Assembly: GCA_045046875.1 (NCBI GenBank)
Contig: JASFYY010000022.1
Coordinates: 1 to 64,000, forward strand
From: Verrucomicrobiota bacterium
Lineage (GTDB): Bacteria; Verrucomicrobiota; Verrucomicrobiia; Verrucomicrobiales; DEV007
Reading direction: 5' to 3'
DNA: 64,000 bases
The first letter of the stretch is position 1. The number at the start of each line of letters is the position of its first letter. Shown piece after piece: positions 1-10,039 of the stretch. Below the pieces are notes generated by a model. The model ran no database searches. It had not been told where the DNA came from and was given only the letters and a program-made list of their open reading frames with translations. Position numbers and translations under genes: made by a program.

Positions 1-1
1 T

Positions 2-631
2 CTGGCGGAAATCACCCCCTACATTGCCCGCCAAGTCGGACTCACCCGTATACAGGGCGGCCTCGTCACCCGCATCGCAGAAAACTCTCCGGCAGCCAAG
101 GCCGGGTTGCGTCCGGGAGACGTATTACTCGCCATCGACGGCCGCGCCAGCGCCACCGCTACCGATTTGATCAACAAAATCCGCAGTAAAGATGCCAACT
201 CCACTCTCTCATTGGAAATCCTACGCGATAAAAAAATCCTCAAATTAAAAGCCACCGTTTCCGACAAACCCGACAACACCTCCATCACCATGCGAGGGGA
301 CACCTCCGCCTCCGGCCAAAGCCTGACCGCCCAACTAGGCATCAAAGTGCGTAACTTAAACGAAAAGGATAAAAAAACCTTCGGTTTGGCAGCAGGGCTC
401 AGCGCCGTATTGATCACCGAAGTGGATCCCAAAATGCCCGCCGCCACCCGCCTGCGCAAAAACGACCTCATTCTAGGTATCAACCGCAGCCCCGTTCGCA
501 ACGTCGACGAACTCTATCGATTACTCGGCTCACTGCCCAAAAAGCAACAAACCGTCATGACCCTCGCCCGCGACGGAGCCCGCTTTTACGCCGTGCTCAA
601 TCCTGACAAACGAAGCCGCCCAACAGACTGA
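2..631 (+). CDS. C-terminal tandem PDZ domains of a DegP/HtrA (Do-family) serine protease, 5'-partial
   Basis: Frame open from position 2 (LAEITPYIARQVGL...GGLVTRIAENSPAAKAGLRPGDVLLAIDG); second PDZ LITEVDPKMPAATRLRKNDLILGINRSPV. Confidence 0.75.
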   Translation: MAEITPYIARQVGLTRIQGGLVTRIAENSPAAKAGLRPGDVLLAIDGRASATATDLINKIRSKDANSTLSLEILRDKKILKLKATVSDKPDNTSITMRGDTSASGQSLTAQLGIKVRNLNEKDKKTFGLAAGLSAVLITEVDPKMPAATRLRKNDLILGINRSPVRNVDELYRLLGSLPKKQQTVMTLARDGARFYAVLNPDKRSRPTD

Positions 632-634
632 CAA

Positions 635-1555
635 TCACTTCACCAGACTGATCTCCCCCTTAGTCGGAAAGTTCGCCGCGATCGGCAAAGTTACCTTGCC
701 CGTCGCCGCCCACTCGCAGGAACGCTCGATGATATTCATCGTGCCGGCACAGCGCAAACCCAGCATCTTATCCGAATCGTTACGCCCCACGTGGCCTAAC
801 AAACAGGTCACAGTGCGTCCTTTTCCATAAGGGATCCACCACAACATCGGCTCATGATCCCCCGTCCCTTTTTGATCGGGTGACGAATACGCCGTCGCTA
901 GAATTGTCATATTTTCAGCCGGCCCACGCTGACCATGATAAAGCTCGTCCAACGAATGCTGCCACTCTTTGGGCATGCCTTTGGTGATCGGATGTTTGGC
1001 ATCACGAATCACCACTTCAAACTCATGCTGCGGCCCATGCCCGGAATTAGGTCCCTCCCCCACCGCCACCAGCTTCTCTTTGCCCTCTGCATCCAAGGCT
1101 AAACGTTTGCCGTCCTTGTTGCTGCGCCAAAGCAACCCTGTCATTTTTTCGAACTCCCCCCACCCCTTGTGCGCATTATTCGCCGCGTGCACATTCACCA
1201 AACCCACTCCACCCTCAACCGCCTTTTCAAAAGAGCGCTTCACCTCATCCGGCCACTGCGACCCCTTTTCGTTATTATAATTGCTCAACAACACATCGTA
1301 TTCAGAAAAATCAGGATGCCAAGCCGACCACGCTGCCGCATCCCCGTCAGGACGCGGGGAAGTCGTCACCTCAACCGAAAAACGTCCACTCTTTTCCAAA
1401 TGCTGCTTCATAAATGGAGTCGTCGCCACCCAATTGTGATTGTTCTGACCATCAATGATCAGCACCTTGATTTTGTCCGCCGCATCAGCGCTCACTGCTT
1501 CGGCAAAAATCCCCGCAAGCAACATTCCTAAAAAAAAACTCCTTTTCATCATCAT
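635..1555 (-). CDS. ThuA-like (trehalose utilisation, class I glutamine amidotransferase-like) secreted protein
   Basis: Signal peptide; KVLIIDGQNNHNW, HPITKGMP, DELY, EPMLW, YGKGR..LLGH motifs. Confidence 0.8.
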   Translation of the reverse strand: MMMKRSFFLGMLLAGIFAEAVSADAADKIKVLIIDGQNNHNWVATTPFMKQHLEKSGRFSVEVTTSPRPDGDAAAWSAWHPDFSEYDVLLSNYNNEKGSQWPDEVKRSFEKAVEGGVGLVNVHAANNAHKGWGEFEKMTGLLWRSNKDGKRLALDAEGKEKLVAVGEGPNSGHGPQHEFEVVIRDAKHPITKGMPKEWQHSLDELYHGQRGPAENMTILATAYSSPDQKGTGDHEPMLWWIPYGKGRTVTCLLGHVGRNDSDKMLGLRCAGTMNIIERSCEWAATGKVTLPIAANFPTKGEISLVK

Positions 1556-1608
1556 AAGAGAAGCAGTCTAGACCTTGCCAATGATCCTGTAAAGGCATCC
1601 TCTGACCC

Positions 1609-2697
1609 TCATTCAATATTCAAATCCGCCATGTAAATCGCAGTGATCGTTTTACCATTCTCATCTTTTTCGTGACTCGAATACCAAGACAAAAGCCCCT
1701 TCTTTGGACTCAATTCAATAAAACCGGGATACGAATTATCACCACCGCTGGGCAATACCGCTATTTGCTGCAAGCTGTCGTCTTTCTTCAACCAATACAA
1801 TACCGTCCTGGCTTGGCGACCTTTGCCCGTTTGATCAAAATCCATTTTGCGCCCTCCCACCAAATAACGACTGCCCCAAGCGGTCAACAGCGGTCCTCCT
1901 ACATAAACTCCCAAATTTTTCCTCTCCCACCTCTTATAAGGAAAGCGCGAACGGTTGATGGTTGACTCCTTATTGCGTACCAAAGCCACCACTTGCCCGT
2001 CAGGCTCAAACAAAAAATCTGTTTCATCGCCTTTTTTATCCTGAAACAAACCTGTGTAACGCCACCGCAAACCATCCTCACTTTCTAACATAGCCGACTC
2101 GATCCAACCTTTCTCCCCTTCCTCATCGGCATAACCATGCCGACGTCTGGCACACAGGTAAGCCTTGCCGTCATGCGCAGCCGCCCTCCAAATATAATGC
2201 CCATACGTCCCCTCTAGTTGTTCTGCATCGGACCACTTTGCGCCATCCTCAGTCCAAACGGCAAATCCTAAATGGGTATTCATGTCATAATCCTCCCTTT
2301 TCGGCGCCGAGTCCCCACAATACCACGTACCGCTATAAATGAACAACTTGCCTTTAAAATCCAGAAAATGAGGATCGCGCGTATCTCGTTTAGGCACACT
2401 GAACTCATGTATTTTTTTCCAAGACTTGGCGTCATCACTAACCAGAACCAGGATTTTAGCTGTTGGATACACCATATGCCCGTCAGGGCAGCTACGGAAA
2501 GTCAGATAAAAACGCCCTTTCCAACGAATAAGGTCGGTAAAAGCATTGTGCTCCCCATTCCAAAAAACCCGCCGCACATTCTCCACCTTCACTTTAGGCA
2601 ACGGCTCCTCCGCATCTTTCGCTAACACTTTTGCCTTCGGAAAAAGTGCCATTAACAGCAAAACGAGCATCCCCAGCGAATTTAAAAAAGTCTTCAT
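1609..2697 (-). CDS. Secreted sialidase-like / BNR beta-propeller glycosidase-like protein
   Basis: Signal peptide from ATG 2697; HNAFTDL, SDDAKSW/SEDGLRW Asp-box-like repeats, RDP, GGDNSYPG, SWYSSHE. Confidence 0.65.
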   Translation of the reverse strand: MKTFLNSLGMLVLLLMALFPKAKVLAKDAEEPLPKVKVENVRRVFWNGEHNAFTDLIRWKGRFYLTFRSCPDGHMVYPTAKILVLVSDDAKSWKKIHEFSVPKRDTRDPHFLDFKGKLFIYSGTWYCGDSAPKREDYDMNTHLGFAVWTEDGAKWSDAEQLEGTYGHYIWRAAAHDGKAYLCARRRHGYADEEGEKGWIESAMLESEDGLRWRYTGLFQDKKGDETDFLFEPDGQVVALVRNKESTINRSRFPYKRWERKNLGVYVGGPLLTAWGSRYLVGGRKMDFDQTGKGRQARTVLYWLKKDDSLQQIAVLPSGGDNSYPGFIELSPKKGLLSWYSSHEKDENGKTITAIYMADLNIE

Positions 2698-2996
2698 CCC
2701 ACTACTCTCGCCACAGCCCACCCCAAGGCAAGTTCAAATATCATCCCATTATTGGCTCACACCCCACTTACTTCCCCTCATTCAACAATCAAATCCGCCA
2801 TAGGATGAGTTTAAATAGGGTCAGACCTCACTCATTTATTATTGTTGTGTCACCTTGGATGCCTGACACCGCTCGATCTGTCTGTTTTTTCCGACTTCAC
2901 CATTTCAGTCAACGCCTCCTTTTTCTGTTATAAAATGACAACCCCTTCTCATCTGCTTCTTGACCATGACTCCACGCATCCCTATCCTCTGACATT

Positions 2997-3524
2997 ATGA
3001 AATACCTTGTCTTCGCCTGCAGTCTGAACCCTGAAAGCAAAAGCCGTATCATGGCCCAATCCGCGTTTGAGTCACTCAAAGCTAAAAAGGCCAATGTCGA
3101 ACTGATCGACCTCGCCGAGCTCAAACTACCGCTCTGCGATGGCGGAGCTGTTTACGGCGATGCTACGGTTCAAGAGCTCGCTGCCAAGGTCGAAGCCGCT
3201 GATGGCATCCTCATAGCCACTCCAATTTACAATTTCGACATCAATGCCGCTGCCAAAAACCTCATCGAACTCACCGGGCGTGCCTGGACCGAAAAAGTCG
3301 CAGGTTTCCTCTGTGCCGCCGGCGGCCAAGGCAGTTACATGTCGATCATGTCGATCGCCAACTCGCTGATGCTCGACTTCCGCACCGTGGTGATCCCTCG
3401 TTTTGTTTACGCCACCGGCGACCAGTTCCAAGGCGGTGAAATCGCCCACGAAGACCTCGGTGAACGTATCGAACAAGTTGCAGACGAGCTGATCCGTTTC
3501 ACCAACGCCCTACGCAGTGATTAA
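2997..3524 (+). CDS. NADPH-dependent FMN reductase
   Basis: SLNPESKSR, ADGILIATPIYNF, AKNLIE flavodoxin-like motifs. Confidence 0.85.
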   Translation: MKYLVFACSLNPESKSRIMAQSAFESLKAKKANVELIDLAELKLPLCDGGAVYGDATVQELAAKVEAADGILIATPIYNFDINAAAKNLIELTGRAWTEKVAGFLCAAGGQGSYMSIMSIANSLMLDFRTVVIPRFVYATGDQFQGGEIAHEDLGERIEQVADELIRFTNALRSD

Positions 3525-3536
3525 TTTACGCCTGTC

Positions 3537-4184
3537 TCACCGGCAAAGCTCACGCGCCTCACGCGCATTTGCCGCAATCTGATCCCAGTTTTTTGCCGCA
3601 ATCAAATCCCGCGGCGCGATCCAGCTACCGCCAATCGCCGTGACCAATGGAGAATCAATATAATCCATCATATTTGACGCCTTGATTCCGCCCAGTGGAA
3701 TAAATTGCAGACCCAGGTGCTGATATGGCGCTGCTATATTTTTCAAATGCTCCAACCCACCTGACGATCCGGCGGGGAAAAATTTCAGCAGCTCGCATCC
3801 CAAAGCCACGCTCTGGTCGATATCCGTCGGAGTCATGATACCCGGCCCAAAAGGCAAACCCTTGTCCTGAGCGTAGCGAATCACCTCGGCATTCACCCCT
3901 GGAGCCACTCCAAAAGTCGCTCCCGCATCCACCACTTCGTCCACCTGCCGGGTATTCAGAATCGTGCCGATCCCCGCTGCCATATCCGGCACCTCGGCGC
4001 ACACCTCCCGCAATCCATCCAACGCTGCAGGGGTGCGTAAAGTCAATTCCATCATATCCACTCCCCCACGTAACAAAGCCTGTGCGGTTGGCACCGCATC
4101 CTCCACCTCATCGATCACCAACACCGCGATGATTTTAGACGTCGCTATTTTTTTCCCCAATTCCGAATCCAAACGAATACTCAT
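3537..4184 (-). CDS. eda: KHG/KDPG aldolase
   Basis: ELTLRT, GIGTIL, GIMTPTDI, LKFFPA, FIPLGGI, GGSW motifs. Confidence 0.9.
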   Translation of the reverse strand: MSIRLDSELGKKIATSKIIAVLVIDEVEDAVPTAQALLRGGVDMMELTLRTPAALDGLREVCAEVPDMAAGIGTILNTRQVDEVVDAGATFGVAPGVNAEVIRYAQDKGLPFGPGIMTPTDIDQSVALGCELLKFFPAGSSGGLEHLKNIAAPYQHLGLQFIPLGGIKASNMMDYIDSPLVTAIGGSWIAPRDLIAAKNWDQIAANAREARELCR

Positions 4185-4268
4185 AGCGCAGGGTTTCACC
4201 GACCTGGCTCTAAGTCAAATTTGAGAAAAAAGTTGAGCCCCATGCCACAGGAACGATGGTGTGCGATC

Positions 4269-4985
4269 ATGAAAAAAACCACCATCTCTGTTACCTTGTT
4301 TGCCCTGATTCTCTTCGCCGCTCTTTGCCCCTCGGCAGAAGCCCAGAAAAAGAAACGCAAACCCAATCCCGCAATGCAACCGATCGAGGATGTCGCGGGA
4401 CTGCCGCGAGTGCTACTCATCGGCGATTCGATCTCCATCGGTTACACTCTGGCCGTCAGAAAACTACTGCAAGGCAAAGCCAACGTTCATCGCCCCCTGA
4501 CCAATTGCGGCCCGACCACACGCGGACTCAGTGGAATCGATCAGTGGCTCGGAGACAAAAAATGGGACGTTATCCACTTCAACTGGGGCCTGCACGATCT
4601 GAAATACATGGGTTCCAAAAATGAAAACCTCGCCGACCCAAAAGCCAGCAGCAGTCATCAACAAGTGCCACCCACCGAATATGAAAAAAATCTCCGCACC
4701 CTGGTCGCCCGTTTGAAAAAAACCGGTGCCAAATTGATCTGGTGCTCCACCACCCCGGTTCCCGAAGGAGCCGGTGGACGGGTAGTTGGCGACGCGGTGA
4801 AATACAATGCCATCGCCGCCAAAGTCATGGCGGACAATAACATCCCCACCGACGATCTCTACAGCTTCGCCAAAGCCCGCCTCAAAGAGATTCAAAAACC
4901 CGCCAATGTTCATTTTTCCACTGAAGGTTCGCAAGCCATGGCCAAAGAAGTCGTTTCCAGTATAACAAAGGCCCTCGGCAAATAA
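4269..4985 (+). CDS. Secreted SGNH/GDSL hydrolase
   Basis: LIGDSISIGY, FNWGLHD, NVHF motifs; signal peptide. Confidence 0.9.
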   Translation: MKKTTISVTLFALILFAALCPSAEAQKKKRKPNPAMQPIEDVAGLPRVLLIGDSISIGYTLAVRKLLQGKANVHRPLTNCGPTTRGLSGIDQWLGDKKWDVIHFNWGLHDLKYMGSKNENLADPKASSSHQQVPPTEYEKNLRTLVARLKKTGAKLIWCSTTPVPEGAGGRVVGDAVKYNAIAAKVMADNNIPTDDLYSFAKARLKEIQKPANVHFSTEGSQAMAKEVVSSITKALGK

Positions 4986-5020
4986 TCTCTATCACCTGCC
5001 ACCCCCTCTTTTATTTCTGG

Positions 5021-7636
5021 ATGAACCTTCCCTTCCCTAAAACCAGCCTTCTGCTCCTGATCTTGAGCGTAGCGCTACCGAGCTATGCTCAAAAAGGCGA
5101 CCGCAAGGGCCACGTCATGCAACCCCCTCCTGCGGAGTGGAAAATACCGCCCGCTCCGGTAATTCCCCCCGAACAAGCCTTGGAAACCTTCCAGCTTGAA
5201 CCCGGCTTCACTCTGCAAACCGTAGCCGCCGAGCCCCTGCTCAACGACCCGGTAGCCATTGCCTTTGACGGCAATGGCCGAATCTGGGTAGTGGAAATGC
5301 AAGGTTACATGCCCGACGTCGACGGCAAAGGTGAAGACACACCCAACGGACGCATCACCATCCTCGAGGACAGCGATGGTGACGGCCAAATGGATCGAGT
5401 AAAAGTTTTTCTAGATAAACTGGTGCTGCCGCGCGCCCTCGCTCTGGTCGAAGGTGGCATCCTCTACGCTGACCAAAACCAGCTCTATTTTGTCGAAAAC
5501 AAAAATGACCAAGCTGGCAAAATAGAAATTATCGATGACAAATGGTCCGGCTCCGGCAACGTCGAACACAAACCCAACGGACTGATGCCCGCCCTCGACA
5601 ACTGGATCTACAATGCCAAATCCAACTACCGCTACCGTAAAATCAAAGGCCAATGGGTGAAAGAAAAAACTGAATTTCGTGGCCAATGGGGAATCACCCA
5701 GGACGATTACGGCCGCCTCTACACTAATACCAATTCCAACCTCATCAGCGCCGAATCTCTTGCCCCCGGTACTCGCGACCGCAACCCCCATCACAGCTTC
5801 CGCACCCGCACCAACTTCTCAATGGACAACGCCGTCTGGCCAGCCCGCATCACCTGTGGCATCAACCGCGGTTATCAGCAGGATATGCTCACCAAACAAG
5901 GTTTTCTCACCAAAGTCACCGCCACCTGTGGCCCCGTGGTTTACCGCGGAGACGCCTACCCCGAAGCTTATCGTGGCAATCTATTCATCCCTGAACCCTC
6001 TGGTTTACTGGTCAAACGCGCTATCATCACAGAAAAAAATGGCGATTTCAGCATCAAAGCCGCCTACCAAGGACGTGAGTTTCTCACCTCCACCGACGAA
6101 CGCTCGCGTATCGTCAACGCCTACACCGCCCCCGACGGAACCCTCTATTTTGTTGATTTCTATCGCGGTATTCTCCAACATAAAGACTACGTCACTTCCT
6201 ACCTGCGCGCCCAAATTCTGGATCGCGAACTGGACAAACATCTCGGCCGTGGACGCATATACCGGGCGGTGCACCAAAGCGCAAAACCCGGCCCACAACC
6301 CAGTATGCTCGGCAAAACAGCCAACCAACTGATCCCCTACCTTTCACACCCCAACGGTTGGTGGCGTGACACCGCACAAAGGCTGATCGTACAAAGCGGC
6401 GATACCTCCGTAGCTGACAACTTGCGCGAAATCATCAACAAGTCAAAAAATCCTCTCACCCGCATTCACGCGCTGTGGACTCTGGAAGGTTTGCAAATCC
6501 TGACTCCTGCCGACATCGCCAACGCACTTGAATCAGATCACCCTAAAGTAGTAGCAAACGCCGCCCGCGTCGCTGGCCTCTTGGCTACGGGTTCACAAGC
6601 CAACGAAACGCTCGCCGCGCTGAAGAAAATCCAATTCAACAGTTCCCCCGACGCAGACCGACAACTAGCCGCGACCCTCGGACGCTTCCGAGGCGAATCG
6701 CAAAAAAACGCATTCATCCTACTCGCTAAGCTAGTCGAACTGAATAAAAAATCCCCTCTCTACCTCGATCTCGCGATGAGTGGAGTGGCCGGCCAGGAGT
6801 TGGCTCTATTAAAAACGGACAAAAACAACAATCGCCTCGGTGAACTGCTGATTGCCGCAGTCGTGAAATCAAAAAACAAAGAGCAAATCTCCGCTCTGGT
6901 GCAATTTATCAAAAATAGCGATCAAACGGAACTCCATCAAACTTTAGCCACCGCCACTATCAGCAGCCGCCAGCCTCAATTGAGCGCTGACCTCCTGACC
7001 TATCTCGACAACAGCGACACCTCCCAAAAAATACGTATCGCCATCATCAAAGGAATGCTCCATGGCAAAAGCCGCACCAAAAACTACAAAAGCATCGCTT
7101 TAAAAAACAAACCTTCATTCCTAAACGACGACACCCAAACCGAAGGCATCACCAGCAAACAGAAAAACGAACTGGCCCGCTTATTCGACTTCTCCGGCAA
7201 AGCTCCCGTCAATTACCTCAAAACCAAGAAACACAAAAAACTCTACGCGGAAGGAGCCAAAGTTTACGCCACCATCTGCATCGCCTGCCATCAGCCAAAC
7301 GGCCAGGGAATGAAAATGATCGCCCCGCCACTGGTCGATTCTGAATGGGTGCAAGGCTCTGAGCAACGACTGATCGCCTTGGTCTTGGATGGCATGACCG
7401 GCCCGATAACCGTGAACGGCAAAACCTATACCGTGCCCGAAGTACAACCCGTCATGCCCGGGTTGCGCATCAATCCCGAAATGGACGACAACAAAATCGC
7501 CGCCATCCTCACCTACGTGCGCAACACCTGGGGCAACGGAGCAAAACCAGTTTCTCAAAAAGCGGTCGCAGACTACCGCAAACAGCACCAGGCACGCCTA
7601 CCCTTCACCGAAGCCGAGCTGAAGAAGGTCAAGTGA
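5021..7636 (+). CDS. PVC-type membrane-bound dehydrogenase-like protein (beta-propeller + HEAT + C-terminal cytochrome c)
   Basis: VAAEPLLNDPVAIAFDGNGRIWVVEM, GRIYR, HPNGWWRDTAQRL, RIHALWTLEGL, CIACH heme motif, LTYVRNTWGN. Confidence 0.85.
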   Translation: MNLPFPKTSLLLLILSVALPSYAQKGDRKGHVMQPPPAEWKIPPAPVIPPEQALETFQLEPGFTLQTVAAEPLLNDPVAIAFDGNGRIWVVEMQGYMPDVDGKGEDTPNGRITILEDSDGDGQMDRVKVFLDKLVLPRALALVEGGILYADQNQLYFVENKNDQAGKIEIIDDKWSGSGNVEHKPNGLMPALDNWIYNAKSNYRYRKIKGQWVKEKTEFRGQWGITQDDYGRLYTNTNSNLISAESLAPGTRDRNPHHSFRTRTNFSMDNAVWPARITCGINRGYQQDMLTKQGFLTKVTATCGPVVYRGDAYPEAYRGNLFIPEPSGLLVKRAIITEKNGDFSIKAAYQGREFLTSTDERSRIVNAYTAPDGTLYFVDFYRGILQHKDYVTSYLRAQILDRELDKHLGRGRIYRAVHQSAKPGPQPSMLGKTANQLIPYLSHPNGWWRDTAQRLIVQSGDTSVADNLREIINKSKNPLTRIHALWTLEGLQILTPADIANALESDHPKVVANAARVAGLLATGSQANETLAALKKIQFNSSPDADRQLAATLGRFRGESQKNAFILLAKLVELNKKSPLYLDLAMSGVAGQELALLKTDKNNNRLGELLIAAVVKSKNKEQISALVQFIKNSDQTELHQTLATATISSRQPQLSADLLTYLDNSDTSQKIRIAIIKGMLHGKSRTKNYKSIALKNKPSFLNDDTQTEGITSKQKNELARLFDFSGKAPVNYLKTKKHKKLYAEGAKVYATICIACHQPNGQGMKMIAPPLVDSEWVQGSEQRLIALVLDGMTGPITVNGKTYTVPEVQPVMPGLRINPEMDDNKIAAILTYVRNTWGNGAKPVSQKAVADYRKQHQARLPFTEAELKKVK

Positions 7637-7668
7637 GCTCCAAAATAATAGCGGCTAAATCCTAACTG

Positions 7669-8688
7669 CTACTTTTTAAACTCCCCCGCATCATACTTCG
7701 GCCAGAACTGCGTTGGTGGCAGCAGGGTATTCAGATCCTGCTCGAACTTGGTGCCGATCTGGGTCATCGTGGTGATACCGCGAATACCATCGATACCCTT
7801 AGTGATCTTGGCCGGATCAAAAACCAATCGAGTCAAAGGCAGACCCGCCAGTGAACTCAAATCCGTCACCGGTGTTTCCCCTATATGAATCCTTTGAATT
7901 TGAGTTTTTGCCAGTGGGCTCACATCCTCAATCTTGGTGCGGTGCAAAGTCACACTGACCAATGGACTACCTGCCAAAGCAGAAATATCCTTCACCGGTA
8001 AATCCGTCAGCCACAACATTTTTAGCGGCATGCCCTTCAGCGCAGAAATGTCTGAAATTCGCGTTCCCACTAAATTAAGCTCCTGAATCGGCAGACCTTT
8101 GAGCGGGGTGAGATCCTTCACATTGCTTTTATCAATATAGAGTTTTTGCAAATCCTTCATTCCCGCCAATGGCGATAGATCTTCTACACCAGTGCCGTCG
8201 AGAAACAGCTCAACCATCGGCATGCCTTTCAGCGCACTGATATCAGTGATCGGACAAGCCTGCAGATCGATCATCATCAGTTCCATGCCTCGCAAAGGCT
8301 CTATACTGGTGATGCCACACTGCGACAAGCGCATCGCGATCACCCGGCCACCTTCAATCTTGAACTCCCCGTTGCCACTGTAACCCGGATTCGCTGCCCG
8401 CAGAGCTTTGTGCAAAGCCAGCTCCGTCCACACCTTTGGTGTTTCGGCTTTTTTTTCCGCTGCGGGTGCCATCGCCGCTGGTTTTGCTTCGGCTGACTTG
8501 GCTTTCTCTTTAGCTTGCCCCTTGCCCTTCTCAGCATCTTTATTTTCTCCCGCCACTTCGGGCGTTTTGCCCTGCTCCTTCTTTTCCACCTTGGGTTCCT
8601 CGGCTTTCACTTCAGACTCCGGTTTTTTTTCTCCACAGGAAAGTATCAAAACCGCTGGCAAAATTCCGCACACAAATATCTTCTTCAT
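7669..8688 (-). CDS. Leucine-rich-repeat (internalin-like) lipoprotein
   Basis: Lipobox LILSC, Ala/Lys/Glu-rich linker, repeated ~21-aa units (xxDISALKGMPLxxLxL). Confidence 0.8.
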   Translation of the reverse strand: MKKIFVCGILPAVLILSCGEKKPESEVKAEEPKVEKKEQGKTPEVAGENKDAEKGKGQAKEKAKSAEAKPAAMAPAAEKKAETPKVWTELALHKALRAANPGYSGNGEFKIEGGRVIAMRLSQCGITSIEPLRGMELMMIDLQACPITDISALKGMPMVELFLDGTGVEDLSPLAGMKDLQKLYIDKSNVKDLTPLKGLPIQELNLVGTRISDISALKGMPLKMLWLTDLPVKDISALAGSPLVSVTLHRTKIEDVSPLAKTQIQRIHIGETPVTDLSSLAGLPLTRLVFDPAKITKGIDGIRGITTMTQIGTKFEQDLNTLLPPTQFWPKYDAGEFKK

Positions 8689-8825
8689 GCCGATGACCTT
8701 GCTGCCTCACCTCACAAATTGCAAGCAAGGCAGCAACTTTCCTAAAACATGCCGTTCTAGTCGAACAAAACCACGCCCTTCCCTATTAGAACAAACACAA
8801 CCAAGTAAAATATCACCCCACCAGT

Positions 8826-8863
8826 GTACCGAAAAAATGTCCGCCCGGACATTTTTTCGGTAC
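8826..8863. repeat. Perfect 18-bp inverted repeat in a divergent intergenic region
   Basis: GTACCGAAAAAATGTCCG-CC-CGGACATTTTTTCGGTAC. Confidence 0.85.
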
Positions 8864-9018
8864 CGCATACGCCATAATTCACTTACACATAGAAAGTTAC
8901 GCATTTTATATTTAATAATTAACTTTAGAAAAATTTCATTTCACACCTCAAATCAACCTTTAAAAAATCTTCCCCGCACCTCTTTCTAGATCCCACCTCA
9001 TGCGAAAAAGCTTTGATG

Positions 9019-9037
9019 AGCGTTACAATTTAACGCT
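9019..9037. promoter_or_regulatory. Candidate operator dyad upstream of the aldolase-oxidoreductase-kinase operon
   Basis: AGCGTTA-CAATT-TAACGCT, overlapping or next to TACAAT boxes (9024, 9045). Confidence 0.35.
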
Positions 9038-9171
9038 TCATTGATACAATAGTCCTTAAATTTGAGACTGAAGACCTAGTAATATCTTCCAACATATTTA
9101 TACTTTCCCATCGATTTCACCCAATCTGACTGCAAACTAGCAGTGCAATCCAAACCAACAGGAAAACAAAC

Positions 9172-10005
9172 ATGAAAGACTTTCGCCTCAAACGCCTCTT
9201 CAACGCCCGCTCCAACCGCTGTTTCGATGTTGCCGTCGATCATGGCTTTTTCAACGAACCCGGCTTCCTCAAAGGCATCGAGCACATGCCGACCGTGATC
9301 AAAACCCTCGCTGACGCCGGCCCCGATGCGATTCAGTTGACCATCGGTCAGGCGCGCCACTTGCAGTCTTTACCCGGTCGCCAGAAACCCTCCCTTGTTC
9401 TGCGCCTGGATACCGCAAACATCTACGGCAAAAAACTGCCCGAAGCACGTTTTTCATCCGTCATCGAAGAAGCGGCACTGCAAGCGGTGCAACTGGATGC
9501 CGCCTGTGTTTGTGTCAACCTTTTCCAAATCCCCGGTGCTCCGGATATGACCGATCAGTGTGTGGAAAACATCCTGCGACTCAAACCCGAGTGTGACCAC
9601 TACGGCATGCCGATGATGATCGAGCCGTTGGTTTTCCGACCGAATTCTGAAGCAGGTGGATACATGGTCGATGGCGACGAAGTTAAAATCATCCATCTCG
9701 TTCGTCAGGCAGTTGAATTGGGAGCCGACATCATCAAAGCCGACCCCACCGACGATGTCAGCGTTTATCATCAAGTGGTGCAAATCGCTGGTGACGTGCC
9801 GGTTTTGGTTCGTGGCGGCGGCAAAGTCGATGACCGCACCATCCTCGAGCGCACAGCAGGGTTGCTCGAACAAGGTGTCGCCGGCATCGTTTACGGACGC
9901 AACGTGATCCAACACGACAACCCCAAAGGCATCACCCAAGCCCTGATGGCCATGTTGCATGACGATGCCAGTGTTGAAGACGCACTCGCCATCGTAAGCA
10001 AATAA
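9172..10005 (+). CDS. Class I aldolase (FbaB/DeoC/LacD-like)
   Basis: VAVDHG, YGMPMMIEP, AVELGADIIKA (Schiff-base Lys), VLVRGGG, YGRNVIQH. Confidence 0.85.
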   Translation: MKDFRLKRLFNARSNRCFDVAVDHGFFNEPGFLKGIEHMPTVIKTLADAGPDAIQLTIGQARHLQSLPGRQKPSLVLRLDTANIYGKKLPEARFSSVIEEAALQAVQLDAACVCVNLFQIPGAPDMTDQCVENILRLKPECDHYGMPMMIEPLVFRPNSEAGGYMVDGDEVKIIHLVRQAVELGADIIKADPTDDVSVYHQVVQIAGDVPVLVRGGGKVDDRTILERTAGLLEQGVAGIVYGRNVIQHDNPKGITQALMAMLHDDASVEDALAIVSK

Positions 10006-10039
10006 ACTCAATCGACAGATAACACTTATACTTACTATC

